Assembly (NCBI GenBank): GCA_947625435.1 | Contig: CANQOI010000003.1 | Location: forward strand, 1,591-65,590 | Direction: 5' to 3' | DNA: 64,000 nt | From: an uncultured Clostridia bacterium | GTDB lineage: Bacteria > Bacillota > Clostridia > UBA1212 > UBA1255 | In this document: one piece after another, positions 38,664 to 48,974 of the stretch | Layout of the letters: every line of letters begins with the position of its first letter | How positions within the stretch are numbered: position 1 is the first letter of the stretch | The notes under the pieces: generated by a model | What the model saw: the letters and a program-made list of their open reading frames with translations, nothing else | Databases searched by the model: none | What the model was told of the DNA's origin: nothing | Made by a program: the position numbers and the translations under genes

Positions 38664-39398
38664 ATGAAGACATATATCTTAAACGGAAGCAACGACATAT
38701 CCTGCACGCAAGCCTGTGAAAATCTTTCCGGGAACATTTCACCTGGTTCGTACGTCCTGCGTCTGCCGCCGTGCAGCCATCTTCCCGAGCCCGAGCAATA
38801 TCACGCGGACATGCGTTTCTGCAAGATATCGGAGGATCTTCTCGTCTGTTCTCCGGAGGATTTTAAAAGTGATATTACGCGTCAGCTTGAGCGGCGCGGC
38901 ATACGCGTCGTGTCCGGCGTCACTGACATTAAAGGTCCGTACCCGCACAATATCGCGTACAATGTACTCCGTGCGGGCAGCGTTTCTTTTCACAATACGA
39001 GATATACGGATCCCCGTCTTAAGGAATTCCTGTGCGCCTCTTCGTATTCTTTATTGCACGTAAATCAGGGCTATGCCGGCTGCTCGTCCGTGGCCGTGCC
39101 CGTAAGTGCGGGCGGCATGCTTGTGATATCGTCGGATATGGGGATCGTGTCCGCAATAAAAAAGGCGGATATCCCCGCCCTTTATACCGAATATTTTACC
39201 GATACGGACAGCATTTTACTCGAAGGCCTCGATCACGGCTTTATAGGCGGCTGCTGCGGCTACGACCCGGACGCCGGTCTTCTCGTGTGCGGTAAAATAA
39301 ACGGACAGTTCAGGAAGCTGTCCGCGGTCTACGGTTTTGATGTTGTTTCTGTTTATGACGGTCCTCTTACCGATATAGGCGGCATACTTATTATGTAG
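38664..39398 (+). CDS. hypothetical protein (244 aa), no family recognised
   Basis: ORF-track protein with a weak SD. Motifs [32 protein letters not shown]. Its 3' end overlaps the convergent mazF by 8 nt. Confidence 0.5.
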   Translation: MKTYILNGSNDISCTQACENLSGNISPGSYVLRLPPCSHLPEPEQYHADMRFCKISEDLLVCSPEDFKSDITRQLERRGIRVVSGVTDIKGPYPHNIAYNVLRAGSVSFHNTRYTDPRLKEFLCASSYSLLHVNQGYAGCSSVAVPVSAGGMLVISSDMGIVSAIKKADIPALYTEYFTDTDSILLEGLDHGFIGGCCGYDPDAGLLVCGKINGQFRKLSAVYGFDVVSVYDGPLTDIGGILIM

Positions 39399-39759
39399 CG
39401 CCTGTTCCCATATCTATGAGCCCCAAGCTTATTTTGAGCGCATAGTCTATTTTACCCATGCTCTGCGGCCCTATATGGCACACCTTTTCTCTCAGGCGCC
39501 GTTTATCTATCGTGCGGAGCTGTTCGAGAAGTATTACTGAATCCTTGGCTATACCGAATTTATCGGCGTTTATTTCAAGATGTGTGGGGAGCTTCGATTT
39601 ATTTATCTGCGATGTTATTGCCGCTACTATCACAGTCGGACTGTATTTATTTCCTATATCGTTCTGAATTATCAGCACCGGCCGTATGCCGCCCTGCTCC
39701 GAGCCGACTACGGGGCTGAGATCGGCATAATATATATCGCCACGCTTTACTGAAAGCAC
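39391..39759 (-). CDS. mazF: MazF/EndoA (PemK-family) mRNA interferase toxin
   Basis: [50 protein letters not shown] 39759 lies 7 nt after GGAG. Classic alr-antitoxin-toxin synteny. Confidence 0.92.
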   Translation of the reverse strand: MLSVKRGDIYYADLSPVVGSEQGGIRPVLIIQNDIGNKYSPTVIVAAITSQINKSKLPTHLEINADKFGIAKDSVILLEQLRTIDKRRLREKVCHIGPQSMGKIDYALKISLGLIDMGTGAT

Positions 39760-39786
39760 AAAACCACTCCGTTTCAATTCATTCTG

Positions 39787-40050
39787 TCATTCTGCAAACC
39801 AGAGCTCCTGTTCGGCTGCGTAAAATTCTTCTGATATTTTCAGGTTTATATCAGCCATTTCACGATATCCGCCTATCATCTGCTCGCGCAGCTTTCTCTT
39901 TTCGGCGTCGCTTAAGGCGCAGTCCCGCGATCTGTCAGCGGCATCGCTTCCGGTTTTGCTTTTTTTATTTTTTACGGTATTCGCCGTATTATCCTGTTTA
40001 CGGCGGTCATCCGCGGGAATAGGCCCGACTCTTCTGTCTGCCGCTGCCAT
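39787..40050 (-). CDS. mazE: MazE/EndoAI-like antitoxin with a divergent N-terminal half
   Basis: The C-terminal half REQMIGGYREMADINLKISEEFYAAEQE resembles the B. subtilis EndoAI toxin-binding tail. The N-terminal 50 aa are basic and low-complexity. AGGAGGG lies before the ATG. Confidence 0.75.
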   Translation of the reverse strand: MAAADRRVGPIPADDRRKQDNTANTVKNKKSKTGSDAADRSRDCALSDAEKRKLREQMIGGYREMADINLKISEEFYAAEQELWFAE

Positions 40051-40164
40051 ATAAACCCTCCTATCACATTGTATCCATTTTTCCGAAGTAAATTCACCTG
40101 ATATCGCCGACTTTGTAAAATAAATTTTACACCGCCCCGTACTGCCCTGCGCCGATCTACACTC

Positions 40165-41361
40165 CTATACTAACCTGTTCATTGTTTCTATTATGCTCCC
40201 GTCTTTTATGTAAAGGCGCGGCACACGTCTCCCTACCGCGCATATGACTTCATAATTCACTGTCCCCGCGATCGATGCTATCTCATCTGCGTCCGGGACT
40301 CCTTCTCCTTTGCCGAACAGTATCACGGTATCTCCTACCGAAACCTCCCCGTGTTTTCCCGCGTCCGTTACGTCTATCATCATCTGATCCATGCATACTC
40401 TGCCTGTGATGCGCGCCCGCATGTGCGTTTTCTCATGGCACACGGAAGCGCCGTTTCCGAGTACTCTGAAATAGCCGTCCGCATACCCCGCCGGCACCGT
40501 GGCTATAAGCTTTCTTCCGTCTGACCGATATGTGCGGCCGTAGCTTATGAAACAGCCTTCTTCAACTGTTTTCAGGTATGAGATTGCCGATCTGAGCGTC
40601 ATGGCCGGCACGAGCTCCGTGCCCGCGCTCATTTTACGCACTTCCTCCGAGGGCCAGAGCCCGTACATTATTATACCGGCGCGCACCATGTCCATGTGCA
40701 TATCCGGAAAACGTATTATCGCGGCGCTGTTTGCGGCATGTCTGTAGGGCACGCGGCGCCCGGTCGCTTCTTCGATCAGTCTGCATGTTTCGCAAAATTC
40801 TCTGTATTGCATTTTCGTATATTCATCCGCGTCCTCCGTGCATTCGTCGGCGGAGGCGAAATGCGTAAAAATACCTTCTGTTTCTATTCCTTTGAGCGAC
40901 GCTATTTTTGCGGCCTCCGCAGGCGCGTTTTTACGCGTAAAACCTATACGCCCCATTCCCGTGTCTATTTTCAGGTGTATTTTTGCTTTTGTGTTCAGCC
41001 TTTCGGCGGCTTCCGACAGGGTGCGCGCCATTTCATACGAGTATACGGACTGCCTTATGTCGTTTTTAACGATCGCTTCAGCGTATTCCGGTTCATTGTC
41101 GCTCAGTATCAGTATGGGCGCGCTTATGCCTGCGTTCCTGAGCTCGAGCGCCTCCTCGAGCATTGACACTCCGAGCCATGATGCTCCGTTTTCGAGAGCT
41201 GTTTTCGCCGCCTGCACCGCTCCGTGCCCGTAAGCATCTGCCTTTACGACGCTCATCACGCACGCCGATCTTTCGGTCATTGCCCGTATCCTGCGCATAT
41301 TGAGGGCTATCGCGTCAAGATCTATTTCAGCCCACGTCCTGCGCGTATATTCACATCCCAT
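40165..41361 (-). CDS. alr: alanine racemase
   Basis: VVKADAYGHG PLP-lysine motif; 398 aa. Confidence 0.95.
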   Translation of the reverse strand: MGCEYTRRTWAEIDLDAIALNMRRIRAMTERSACVMSVVKADAYGHGAVQAAKTALENGASWLGVSMLEEALELRNAGISAPILILSDNEPEYAEAIVKNDIRQSVYSYEMARTLSEAAERLNTKAKIHLKIDTGMGRIGFTRKNAPAEAAKIASLKGIETEGIFTHFASADECTEDADEYTKMQYREFCETCRLIEEATGRRVPYRHAANSAAIIRFPDMHMDMVRAGIIMYGLWPSEEVRKMSAGTELVPAMTLRSAISYLKTVEEGCFISYGRTYRSDGRKLIATVPAGYADGYFRVLGNGASVCHEKTHMRARITGRVCMDQMMIDVTDAGKHGEVSVGDTVILFGKGEGVPDADEIASIAGTVNYEVICAVGRRVPRLYIKDGSIIETMNRLV

Positions 41362-42337
41362 ATCTGTGTACCTCTTTCAGCATTTCGATCAGATCTCCGG
41401 CAGTTACGGCTCTCTGACCGTATCTTTGCGCTGCGATATCTCCGCATAAGCCGTGTATGTACGCACCGCACCGTGCCATGTCGTACAGCGGCGTTCCCGA
41501 TCTGTCCGACGCCGCTATGCCCGCTATGATGCCTGCCAGAACATCTCCGCTTCCGCCCGTAGCCATTCCCGGATTACCGCTCGTGTTCACGTGGCATATT
41601 TTATCCCCCGTATGTAAAATCTCCGCTGTCAGCGTTCTGTTTCCTTTGAGCAGTGTCACGGCTCCCGTCATGCCGCAGGCCTTAAACGCGGCTTCTTCTC
41701 TGTTTTCGTTTATATATTTTATATTCATTCCGGTAAGGCGTGAAAGCTCCGCAGCGTGCGGCGTTATCACGAGACGCGCCCTGTTATCGGGCGCGCCGGA
41801 TACAAGGCCGCACGCGTACCTTTTTAGTGCAGCGCTGTCGCCCGTAAATGCATTCAGTCCGTCTGCATCGAGAACTACTGTCACTCCGCTTCCTTCAAGC
41901 TCCGAAAGCACCTCATACACGAACTGCTTTGTCTGTATGCGACGCCCTATTCCGGGGCCTATCACGGCGACGCTTTTGGCCGCCGCTCCCGCGCGCGCCC
42001 CTTCAAGATCGGCTCTTATCATATCTGCCGCGCGCGCCGCATGCTCTTCTGTAAAATATTCCGATTCTCTGTCAAGTTCTGTTTTGACTGCCTCCGGGCA
42101 GAGTATTTCGTACGTGCTCATGAGCTTCCCGGGTGCGAGCATATACACAAGCCCCGCTCCGGCCCTCAGCGCCGCTCTTGCACACATGACTGCGGCGCCG
42201 GTCATTCCGTATGAGCCCGCAAGAATATATACGCGGCCATAGTCGCCTTTATGAGTATCGGGCTTCCTGGCCGCATTGTAATAGGCAAGCATCTCTGCCT
42301 GTCCCGTATATTCCATGTCAGCGTCTTCTCCAATCAT
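41351..42337 (-). CDS. nnrD: ADP-dependent NAD(P)H-hydrate dehydratase (YjeF C-terminal domain only)
   Basis: HKGDYGRVYILAGSYGMTGAAVM...GNPGMATGGSGDVLAGII. Start is uncertain (42337 or 42316). Confidence 0.85.
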   Translation of the reverse strand: MIGEDADMEYTGQAEMLAYYNAARKPDTHKGDYGRVYILAGSYGMTGAAVMCARAALRAGAGLVYMLAPGKLMSTYEILCPEAVKTELDRESEYFTEEHAARAADMIRADLEGARAGAAAKSVAVIGPGIGRRIQTKQFVYEVLSELEGSGVTVVLDADGLNAFTGDSAALKRYACGLVSGAPDNRARLVITPHAAELSRLTGMNIKYINENREEAAFKACGMTGAVTLLKGNRTLTAEILHTGDKICHVNTSGNPGMATGGSGDVLAGIIAGIAASDRSGTPLYDMARCGAYIHGLCGDIAAQRYGQRAVTAGDLIEMLKEVHRYGM

Positions 42338-42791
42338 CTTCCGGATTTACATATGTCTGTTTTTTCTTTCTGAGCCAATGAACGATCCCTTCTATGATAA
42401 AGAAAAGACATACGAGAAATATTATGAGCATAAATGCTATCTGTCCGCCGCTGTTGCCTGTTCCGTCGGGCGTTGCATCGAATGCCTGCGCGTTGTCATC
42501 GTGTGGCGTGGGCGCAGGCGTTTCACCGTCTGAAGGCGACGGAACCGCATCCGTGCCTGATATTTCCTCCGTCGGTGATATGACAGACGGCGTTGTAACA
42601 GGGACTGTGCTGCCTTCGTCGGCGCTGTCATGCGCAGCAGACGGCGCCGCAGCCGCGATCGACGCGGAAACAGATGTCATTACAAGTGCGAATGCTATTA
42701 TGAACAGTATAAATATTTTACAGTATGATCTTCGCAAGGGATCACCGCTTTCTGAGATTATTGTGTGTATTTTACACGAATTTATTTGCAA
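42318..42791 (-). CDS. hypothetical secreted/anchored protein with a T/P/S/D-rich linker
   Basis: Signal-like FILFIIAFALVMTSVSASIAAA, an acidic P/T-rich middle, and a C-terminal TM plus basic tail. Start is uncertain (TTG 42791 or TTG 42737). Confidence 0.45.
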   Translation of the reverse strand: MQINSCKIHTIISESGDPLRRSYCKIFILFIIAFALVMTSVSASIAAAAPSAAHDSADEGSTVPVTTPSVISPTEEISGTDAVPSPSDGETPAPTPHDDNAQAFDATPDGTGNSGGQIAFMLIIFLVCLFFIIEGIVHWLRKKKQTYVNPEDDWRRR

Positions 42792-43569
42792 TTACAACTG
42801 CGGCAAGCAGCGCGCAGGTTATCACGGACAGCACGGCATCTATATATGTGAATCTGAGCATCCTGTATTTCGTACGGCCTTCCCCGCCTCTGTAACACCT
42901 TGCATTCATTGCCATTGCGAGCTCATCGGCCTTTCTCCAGGCGCCCACGAACATAGGCACTATTATCGGTATATAGCTTTTTATTTTTTTTATTATATTT
43001 TTGCTGTCAAAATCGGCTCCCCGCGCTGTCTGAGCTTTTATTATACGTTCTGTTTCTTCCGAGAATGTTGGTATGAATCTGAGTGCGATGCTCATTATCA
43101 TGGCTATCTCATGCGCCGGAAAATGTATTTTTTTCAGCGGCGACATAAGACTTTCCAAGCCGTCCGTCATCATAACGGATGTTGTCGTATACGTGAGTAC
43201 GGACGATGCCAACACGAGCAATATCACTCTGAGCAGCATTTTCAGCGCAAAATACACTGATTCTTTATAAACGGTTATCTTCCAAAAGCTGACAAGCACC
43301 GTGGTGCCTCCGTAGAAAAAAATATTCAGCACGACGGTCATCGCCATCATTATGATGAGCGGTCTGAGGCTTCTGAGTATCTTGCATATATTTATATGCG
43401 CGCATATAAATGCTGCCGCCAGAAGGGCTGCGGATGCAATGTACGACACATAGCTTTTCGACATGAGCACCGCGACCATATAGACAAGTGTTAAAATAAA
43501 TTTTGTGCGCGGATCCGCTTTATGGAGCGCAGAGTTTCCGGGAACGTACTGTCCTATCGCTATCTTCAT
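42772..43569 (-). CDS. ecfT: ECF transporter transmembrane component
   Basis: MKIAIGQYVPGNSALHKADPRTK...ARGADF. ATG 43569 lies behind GGAGG. Confidence 0.9.
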   Translation of the reverse strand: MKIAIGQYVPGNSALHKADPRTKFILTLVYMVAVLMSKSYVSYIASAALLAAAFICAHINICKILRSLRPLIIMMAMTVVLNIFFYGGTTVLVSFWKITVYKESVYFALKMLLRVILLVLASSVLTYTTTSVMMTDGLESLMSPLKKIHFPAHEIAMIMSIALRFIPTFSEETERIIKAQTARGADFDSKNIIKKIKSYIPIIVPMFVGAWRKADELAMAMNARCYRGGEGRTKYRMLRFTYIDAVLSVITCALLAAVVIANKFV

Positions 43570-44453
43570 TTTTCCGCCTCCGCCGCTTGTCCGCATGCGG
43601 TTCCTTTATCGATCACGCGCAGCACCTCGCACGCCGCTTCTTCCACTGTAAGTATGTCCCTGCGTATGCCTGCTTCGGGGAAACGTTCCGCAAGGCGGCT
43701 GAATACATCTGTCATCAGAGGTACATCAAGACATATTTCTCTGAGCCTTTTCACATTTTTGAATATTTCACGCGGCGTCCCCGTCATTTCGACGCCTCCG
43801 TCATTCATGACTATTATATTATCCGCAAGCTCCGCTATATCCTCCATGCTGTGTGACACAAGTATCACCGTCACTCCGTTTTTATCGCACAGATCTTTTG
43901 TGAGCTTCAATATCTCCTTCCTTCCCTCCGGATCAAGACCGGCGGCCGGTTCGTCGAGCACAAGTATGTCGGGATTCATTACCGTTATTCCCGCTATTGC
44001 CACGCGCCTTTTCTGTCCTCCCGAGAGCTCGTAAACAGATCTGTCAAGCGTATCATGCGTAAGTCCCGTTTTTCGTGCCGCATCTTCTACGCGCCTGCGT
44101 TCCTCTTCTTCGGTAAGCTTTTCGCCCCTCAGCCCGAAGGCTATATCACGGTAAACGGTTGATTCAAACAGCTGATATTCGGGATACTGGAAAACGAGTC
44201 CTACCTTTTTTCTCATTTCCTTCACATCGCTGCCTTCGGTAAGCTTCCCGTTTATATATATCTTGCCGCTGTCAGGGCGCAGAAGTCCGTTAAAATGCTG
44301 TATAAGTGTCGATTTGCCGCATCCCGTATGACCTATAATTCCCGTAAAAGTTCCCGCCTCTATCTGAAAGCTCACGTTATCCAGGGCTTTTTTCTCAAAC
44401 GGCGTTTTTTTCATATATGTGTATGATATGTTCTCAACCTTAAGTGCAGTCAT
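43566..44453 (-). CDS. ecfA2: ECF transporter ATPase A2
   Basis: GHTGCGKSTL (Walker A), LSGGQKRRVAIAG, ILVLDEP. Start placed at ATG 44453 (GAGGTG 6 nt upstream). Confidence 0.9.
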   Translation of the reverse strand: MTALKVENISYTYMKKTPFEKKALDNVSFQIEAGTFTGIIGHTGCGKSTLIQHFNGLLRPDSGKIYINGKLTEGSDVKEMRKKVGLVFQYPEYQLFESTVYRDIAFGLRGEKLTEEEERRRVEDAARKTGLTHDTLDRSVYELSGGQKRRVAIAGITVMNPDILVLDEPAAGLDPEGRKEILKLTKDLCDKNGVTVILVSHSMEDIAELADNIIVMNDGGVEMTGTPREIFKNVKRLREICLDVPLMTDVFSRLAERFPEAGIRRDILTVEEAACEVLRVIDKGTACGQAAEAEK

Positions 44454-44463
44454 ACGCATCACC

Positions 44464-45339
44464 TCACGCAAAGCTTTCCCCGGTAAAATGCAAGTCAGAC
44501 AGCAGTTCCGACAATGCTTCGAAGCATTCATCGCCGGTCAATACCGTGCCGCGTACAGGAACACCCTTATCTCTTAATACCTCTGCCAGCTCCGCTGCCT
44601 TAGGCAATTCAAGACCGGCTTCTTCCACAAGCCTTCTGTTCCTGAAAAGCTCTGACGGAGCCGTATCGGCAATGATTTTACCGCTTTCGATCAATATGAC
44701 CCTGTCTGCGCAGCATACCTCTTCCATATGGTGTGTTATATCGACTATCGTTATGCCGTTTTCTTTATTGAGTCTGTGCGCGAGCTCCATGACCTCTCTG
44801 CGCCCGGACGGATCCAGCATGGCCGTAGCTTCGTCAAATACGATACACTCCGGCCGCATGGCAGTTATTCCGGCTATCGCGCATCTTTGTTTCTGCCCTC
44901 CTGACAGTAAATGAGGCTGCGTACTTCTTTCTTTTTCAAGCCTCACAGTCAGAAGCGCTCTGTCAATTCTCTCATGCATTTCATCACGCGAAAGTCCGAT
45001 ATTCTCAAGTCCGAATGCTATATCATCTTCTACTGTGGCTCCTACGATCTGACTGTCCGGATTCTGGAATACCATGCCTACCGTTCTTCTTATATCCCAC
45101 ACTTCAGATTCATCCGATGTATCTTTGCCGTTTACATATACTTTACCGTATGTGGGTATAAGAAGTGCATTCATCAGTTTCGCGAGAGTGGATTTACCGG
45201 AACCGTTTCTTCCTGCTATCGCCGTGAATTCACCTTTTTTTATTGTTAAATCCGCGTTTTCTATTGCATATTTTATATTATCCGCGTCACTCGTATAGCT
45301 GTACGAAACATTTTCAAATCTGATAAAATCATCCGTCAT
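44464..45339 (-). CDS. ecfA1: ECF transporter ATPase A1
   Basis: GRNGSGKSTL, LSGGQKQRCAIAG, IVFDEAT. First gene after rplQ, as in other Firmicutes. Confidence 0.9.
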   Translation of the reverse strand: MTDDFIRFENVSYSYTSDADNIKYAIENADLTIKKGEFTAIAGRNGSGKSTLAKLMNALLIPTYGKVYVNGKDTSDESEVWDIRRTVGMVFQNPDSQIVGATVEDDIAFGLENIGLSRDEMHERIDRALLTVRLEKERSTQPHLLSGGQKQRCAIAGITAMRPECIVFDEATAMLDPSGRREVMELAHRLNKENGITIVDITHHMEEVCCADRVILIESGKIIADTAPSELFRNRRLVEEAGLELPKAAELAEVLRDKGVPVRGTVLTGDECFEALSELLSDLHFTGESFA

Positions 45340-45374
45340 TGCCGTGCTTACCCCAAAAATATTTATGTGCCTTG

Positions 45375-45412
45375 TCAAAAGCGGGAACCATCAGTAAAGA
45401 CGGTCCCCGCTT
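45375..45412 (-). terminator. terminator/attenuator hairpin after rplQ
   Basis: Minus strand reads aagcggggacc...ggttcccgctt (one mismatch), followed by tttt. Confidence 0.5.
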
Positions 45413-45463
45413 TAAAATCTCTTAATATTTACCTGCTCACATCATATGCATCATGCAATATGG

Positions 45464-45988
45464 TCATACAAGCTCGATTATGGCCATCGGCGCAGCATCG
45501 CCGCGTCTTGCACCGGTCTTGTATATACGTGTATAACCGCCCTTGCGTTCCTTATATTTCGGAGCTATCTCATCAAAGAGTTTGTTGACAACGTTTACAT
45601 TATTGCCTTCGACATCTTTTACTTTATACACCCACTCGATCACCTGTTTTCTGGCAGCAAGTCTCGACGGATTATCTATACGCACAAGCTCCGTCTTGAT
45701 CTCACGGTCAGCAAACTTTGTATATTTCTTACCGTTTTTGGATGTAACGACTGTCGTATTTCGCTTACCCTTTGAATCTGTAGGTACCTTACTGACTTTA
45801 GCCTGCTTCGTTGTGAAATTATCGGCTTCACGCACAGCTTTGGCTATTATTCTTTCTGCAATACTCTGCACTTCTTTTGCTCTTGTCTCCGTTGTTACAA
45901 CAGAGCCGTTCTGCAAAAGTGCCGTAACAAGACCTCTGAGCATTGCCTTTCTTTGGTCCGATGTCCGGCCAAGCTTTCTATATGCCAT
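45464..45988 (-). CDS. rplQ: 50S ribosomal protein L17 (long form, about 55-aa internal insertion)
   Basis: [20 protein letters not shown]...[25 protein letters not shown]. Confidence 0.97.
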   Translation of the reverse strand: MAYRKLGRTSDQRKAMLRGLVTALLQNGSVVTTETRAKEVQSIAERIIAKAVREADNFTTKQAKVSKVPTDSKGKRNTTVVTSKNGKKYTKFADREIKTELVRIDNPSRLAARKQVIEWVYKVKDVEGNNVNVVNKLFDEIAPKYKERKGGYTRIYKTGARRGDAAPMAIIELV

Positions 45989-46030
45989 TTCAATTATCCT
46001 CCTGTCTAATACTGTTATCGCGTATGAACA

Positions 46031-46990
46031 TCATACATCATCTTTTTTGAGAGAGAGTCCCAGTGATTCCAGCTTTTGAATTACCTCTTCAAGAGACTTT
46101 CTTCCGAGATTCCGAACCTTCATCATTTCTTCTTCCGTCTTGTCTGCAAGGTCGCCTACTGTATTTACCGCAGCACGCTTAAGACAATTGTAAGAACGCA
46201 CTGAAAGATCCAGATCTTCAATATTCATCTCCAATACTTTTTCGGTCTTACAAGGATTGTCCTTCTCGATAACAACCGGCTTTTCTTCTTCCTCTTCATC
46301 AAGATTCAGGAAGAGAGAGAAATGATCTATCAATATTTTTGCACTCTCACTGATAGCCTCTTTAGGAGTCAGCGCACCGTTTGTCCAGACCTCGATCGTG
46401 AGCTTGTCATAGTCCGTAACATTGCCGACACGCGTATTCTCCACCTGATAATTCGCCTTTTTTATAGGTGAGAAAAGCGAATCTACGGGAATTACGCTGA
46501 AAGGCATATTCGGGGTTTTATTCTTGTCTGCAGATCTCCATCCTCTTGACGTGCCGACTTCGATCTCAACGGAAAATTCAGCATCGCCGTTAAGCGTCGC
46601 TATATGCTGTTCCGGATTCAGAACCTCTATATCGGAATCGCATATAATATCGGCAGCTGTAACCTCACCTTTGTCCGATTTGTTTATCATCACGACTTTA
46701 GTCACATCCGGGTCGTCATCATAAATCTTAAATGCAACAGACTTTATATTTAATATAATCTCCGTAACATCTTCTACGACACCGGGTATTGCAGTAAATT
46801 CATGACACGCGCCCTTAACTTTAATACTGGTAGCGGCCGAACCGGGCAAAGACGAAAGAAGAATTCTCCTGAGTGAATTTCCTAACGTAGTTCCGTATCC
46901 TCTTTCAAGGGGTTCTATGACGAATTTTCCGTATCTTTCGGATTCGTCTGTTTCCACGCATTCTATCCTCGGCTTTTCAATTTCAATCAC
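46031..46990 (-). CDS. rpoA: RNA polymerase alpha subunit
   Basis: [31 protein letters not shown]...[12 protein letters not shown]. Confidence 0.98.
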   Translation of the reverse strand: MIEIEKPRIECVETDESERYGKFVIEPLERGYGTTLGNSLRRILLSSLPGSAATSIKVKGACHEFTAIPGVVEDVTEIILNIKSVAFKIYDDDPDVTKVVMINKSDKGEVTAADIICDSDIEVLNPEQHIATLNGDAEFSVEIEVGTSRGWRSADKNKTPNMPFSVIPVDSLFSPIKKANYQVENTRVGNVTDYDKLTIEVWTNGALTPKEAISESAKILIDHFSLFLNLDEEEEEKPVVIEKDNPCKTEKVLEMNIEDLDLSVRSYNCLKRAAVNTVGDLADKTEEEMMKVRNLGRKSLEEVIQKLESLGLSLKKDDV

Positions 46991-47028
46991 GGTAATCCCT
47001 CCTTAGACTTCCGATACACTCAACGAAA

Positions 47029-47661
47029 TTACTTACTGTACAACTCAACGATCAAGTGCTCCTGTATCGGCAGATCAATGTCTTCACGTTTCGGAATCGC
47101 AAGCACTGTGCCTTCCATCGTCTCTTCATTTAACGAAAGCCACTCCGGTCTTGTACGTCCTCCCGTTACCTCAAGTATCTGTCCTATTCTTTCATTCGAC
47201 CTGCTCTTCTGGCATACAGCGATCACGTCATTTGCGGATACGAGATAGGACGGAATATTAACCCGCTTTCCGTTTACCGTAAAATGTCCGTGCAATACCA
47301 GCTGTCTCGCTTCGGCTCTCGATGTTCCGAGTCCGAGGCGGTATGCCACATTGTCAAGTCTTCTTTCAAGAAGAGTAAGCAGATTTTCACCCGTAACGCC
47401 CTTCTTTTTATTGGCAAGCTCATAATATGTGTGGAACTGCTTTTCAAGCAGACCGTAATATCTCTTTACCTTTTGCTTTTCTCTGAGCTGCAAACAATAC
47501 TCAGACTGTTTCTTCCTTCCCTGTCCGTGCTGTCCGGGAGCATACGCTCTCTTGGGCTTAGACACGGGGCATTTTTCTGTATAACACTTTGTGCCTTTGA
47601 GAAAAAGCTTTTCACCCTCTCTTCTGCAAAGTCTGCACGATGCGTCATTATATCTCGCCAT
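47029..47661 (-). CDS. rpsD: 30S ribosomal protein S4
   Basis: [23 protein letters not shown].. ATG 47661 lies behind GGAGGTG. Confidence 0.97.
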   Translation of the reverse strand: MARYNDASCRLCRREGEKLFLKGTKCYTEKCPVSKPKRAYAPGQHGQGRKKQSEYCLQLREKQKVKRYYGLLEKQFHTYYELANKKKGVTGENLLTLLERRLDNVAYRLGLGTSRAEARQLVLHGHFTVNGKRVNIPSYLVSANDVIAVCQKSRSNERIGQILEVTGGRTRPEWLSLNEETMEGTVLAIPKREDIDLPIQEHLIVELYSK

Positions 47662-47678
47662 CTGATTACACCTCCGAA

Positions 47679-48077
47679 TTAAACTCTTCTTCTCTTGGGC
47701 GGCCTGCATCCGTTGTGCGGTATCGGGGTCTCGTCCTTAATGAGAGTAACGTCAAGTCCTGCAACCTGCAGTGCTCGTATAGCTGACTCTCTACCTGCTC
47801 CGGGACCTCTTACATATACTTCAACAGATTTAAGTCCGTGTTCCATCGCTGCCTTTGCTGCAGTCTCTGCGGCTGACTGTGCCGCAAACGGCGTACTCTT
47901 TTTTGAACCTCTGAATCCGAGTCCGCCCGCACTTGCCCATGAGATCGCGTTTCCGGATTTATCTGTTATTGTTACGATCGTATTATTAAAAGTGGAACGA
48001 ATATGTGCCTGACCGTATTCAATGTATTTACGTTCTTTTCTCTTACCTTTGACAGTCCTTTTGGTCTTAACAGCCAT
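47679..48077 (-). CDS. rpsK: 30S ribosomal protein S11
   Basis: [18 protein letters not shown]...[14 protein letters not shown]. Confidence 0.97.
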   Translation of the reverse strand: MAVKTKRTVKGKRKERKYIEYGQAHIRSTFNNTIVTITDKSGNAISWASAGGLGFRGSKKSTPFAAQSAAETAAKAAMEHGLKSVEVYVRGPGAGRESAIRALQVAGLDVTLIKDETPIPHNGCRPPKRRRV

Positions 48078-48089
48078 AATCAAACCTCC

Positions 48090-48458
48090 TTATTTCTTCT
48101 TGCCTGCTACAGTTTTGCTCGGGCCTTTTCTCGTACGGGCATTGGTCTTAGTCCTCTGTCCTCTTACCGGAAGTCCCATCTTATGGCGTCTGCCCCTGTA
48201 GCAGCCAATTTCCATCAGACGTTTGATATTGAGTGAAACCTCTCTGCGTACGTCTCCCTCAACTACATATTCTCTGTCTATTATATCTCTCAACTTTCCG
48301 ACCTCGTCGTCAGTCAGATCTCTGACTCTTGTATCCGGATTGATACCGGTTTTGGAAAGTATCTCATTTGATTTTGATCTGCCTATACCGTAAATGTATG
48401 TCAGTCCGATCTCTACACGTTTTTCTCTCGGCAAGTCCACACCTGCAATTCGAGCCAT
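48090..48458 (-). CDS. rpsM: 30S ribosomal protein S13
   Basis: [26 protein letters not shown]. Confidence 0.97.
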   Translation of the reverse strand: MARIAGVDLPREKRVEIGLTYIYGIGRSKSNEILSKTGINPDTRVRDLTDDEVGKLRDIIDREYVVEGDVRREVSLNIKRLMEIGCYRGRRHKMGLPVRGQRTKTNARTRKGPSKTVAGKKK

Positions 48459-48607
48459 TCGCAAAAACACCTCCGTAAAATGTTCATTCTAATTTTTGCT
48501 TTATAGTAAATAAAATATATATCAACATTCCGAAGCTCATGTTATACATGCAGCCGCACTCCGAAACGATAATGATCTATGCTTCTCAAAGAGAAGCAGT
48601 ACAACAC

Positions 48608-48724
48608 TTATCCTTGCTTTTGCTTGTGCTTCGGATAAGCATCACATATAACCATCACTTTACCTTTTCTCTTTATAACCTTGCATTTATCGCATATCGG
48701 CTTTACTGACGGTCTTACTTTCAT
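48608..48724 (-). CDS. rpmJ: 50S ribosomal protein L36
   Basis: Too short for the ORF track. Own translation: [43 protein letters not shown] lies 8 nt upstream. Confidence 0.95.
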   Translation of the reverse strand: MKVRPSVKPICDKCKVIKRKGKVMVICDAYPKHKQKQG

Positions 48725-48738
48725 GGCACAAACCTCCT

Positions 48739-48954
48739 TCACTTTCTCCATACGATCCGACCGCGATCGAGATCATACGGTGACAATTCCAGGGTGACAT
48801 GGTCACCCTTAACTATCTTGATATAATTAGTCCTGAGCTTACCGGATATATGAGCGATCACTATATGTCCGTTGGCAAGCTCAACCTTAAAAACACAGTT
48901 CGGAAGCACTTCGGCTATAACGCCTTCAACTTCAATCAGGTCTTCTTTAGACAA
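48739..48954 (-). CDS. infA: translation initiation factor IF-1
   Basis: [30 protein letters not shown]... Confidence 0.97.
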   Translation of the reverse strand: MSKEDLIEVEGVIAEVLPNCVFKVELANGHIVIAHISGKLRTNYIKIVKGDHVTLELSPYDLDRGRIVWRK

Positions 48955-48974
48955 GCTTTCATCCTCCCTAAATC

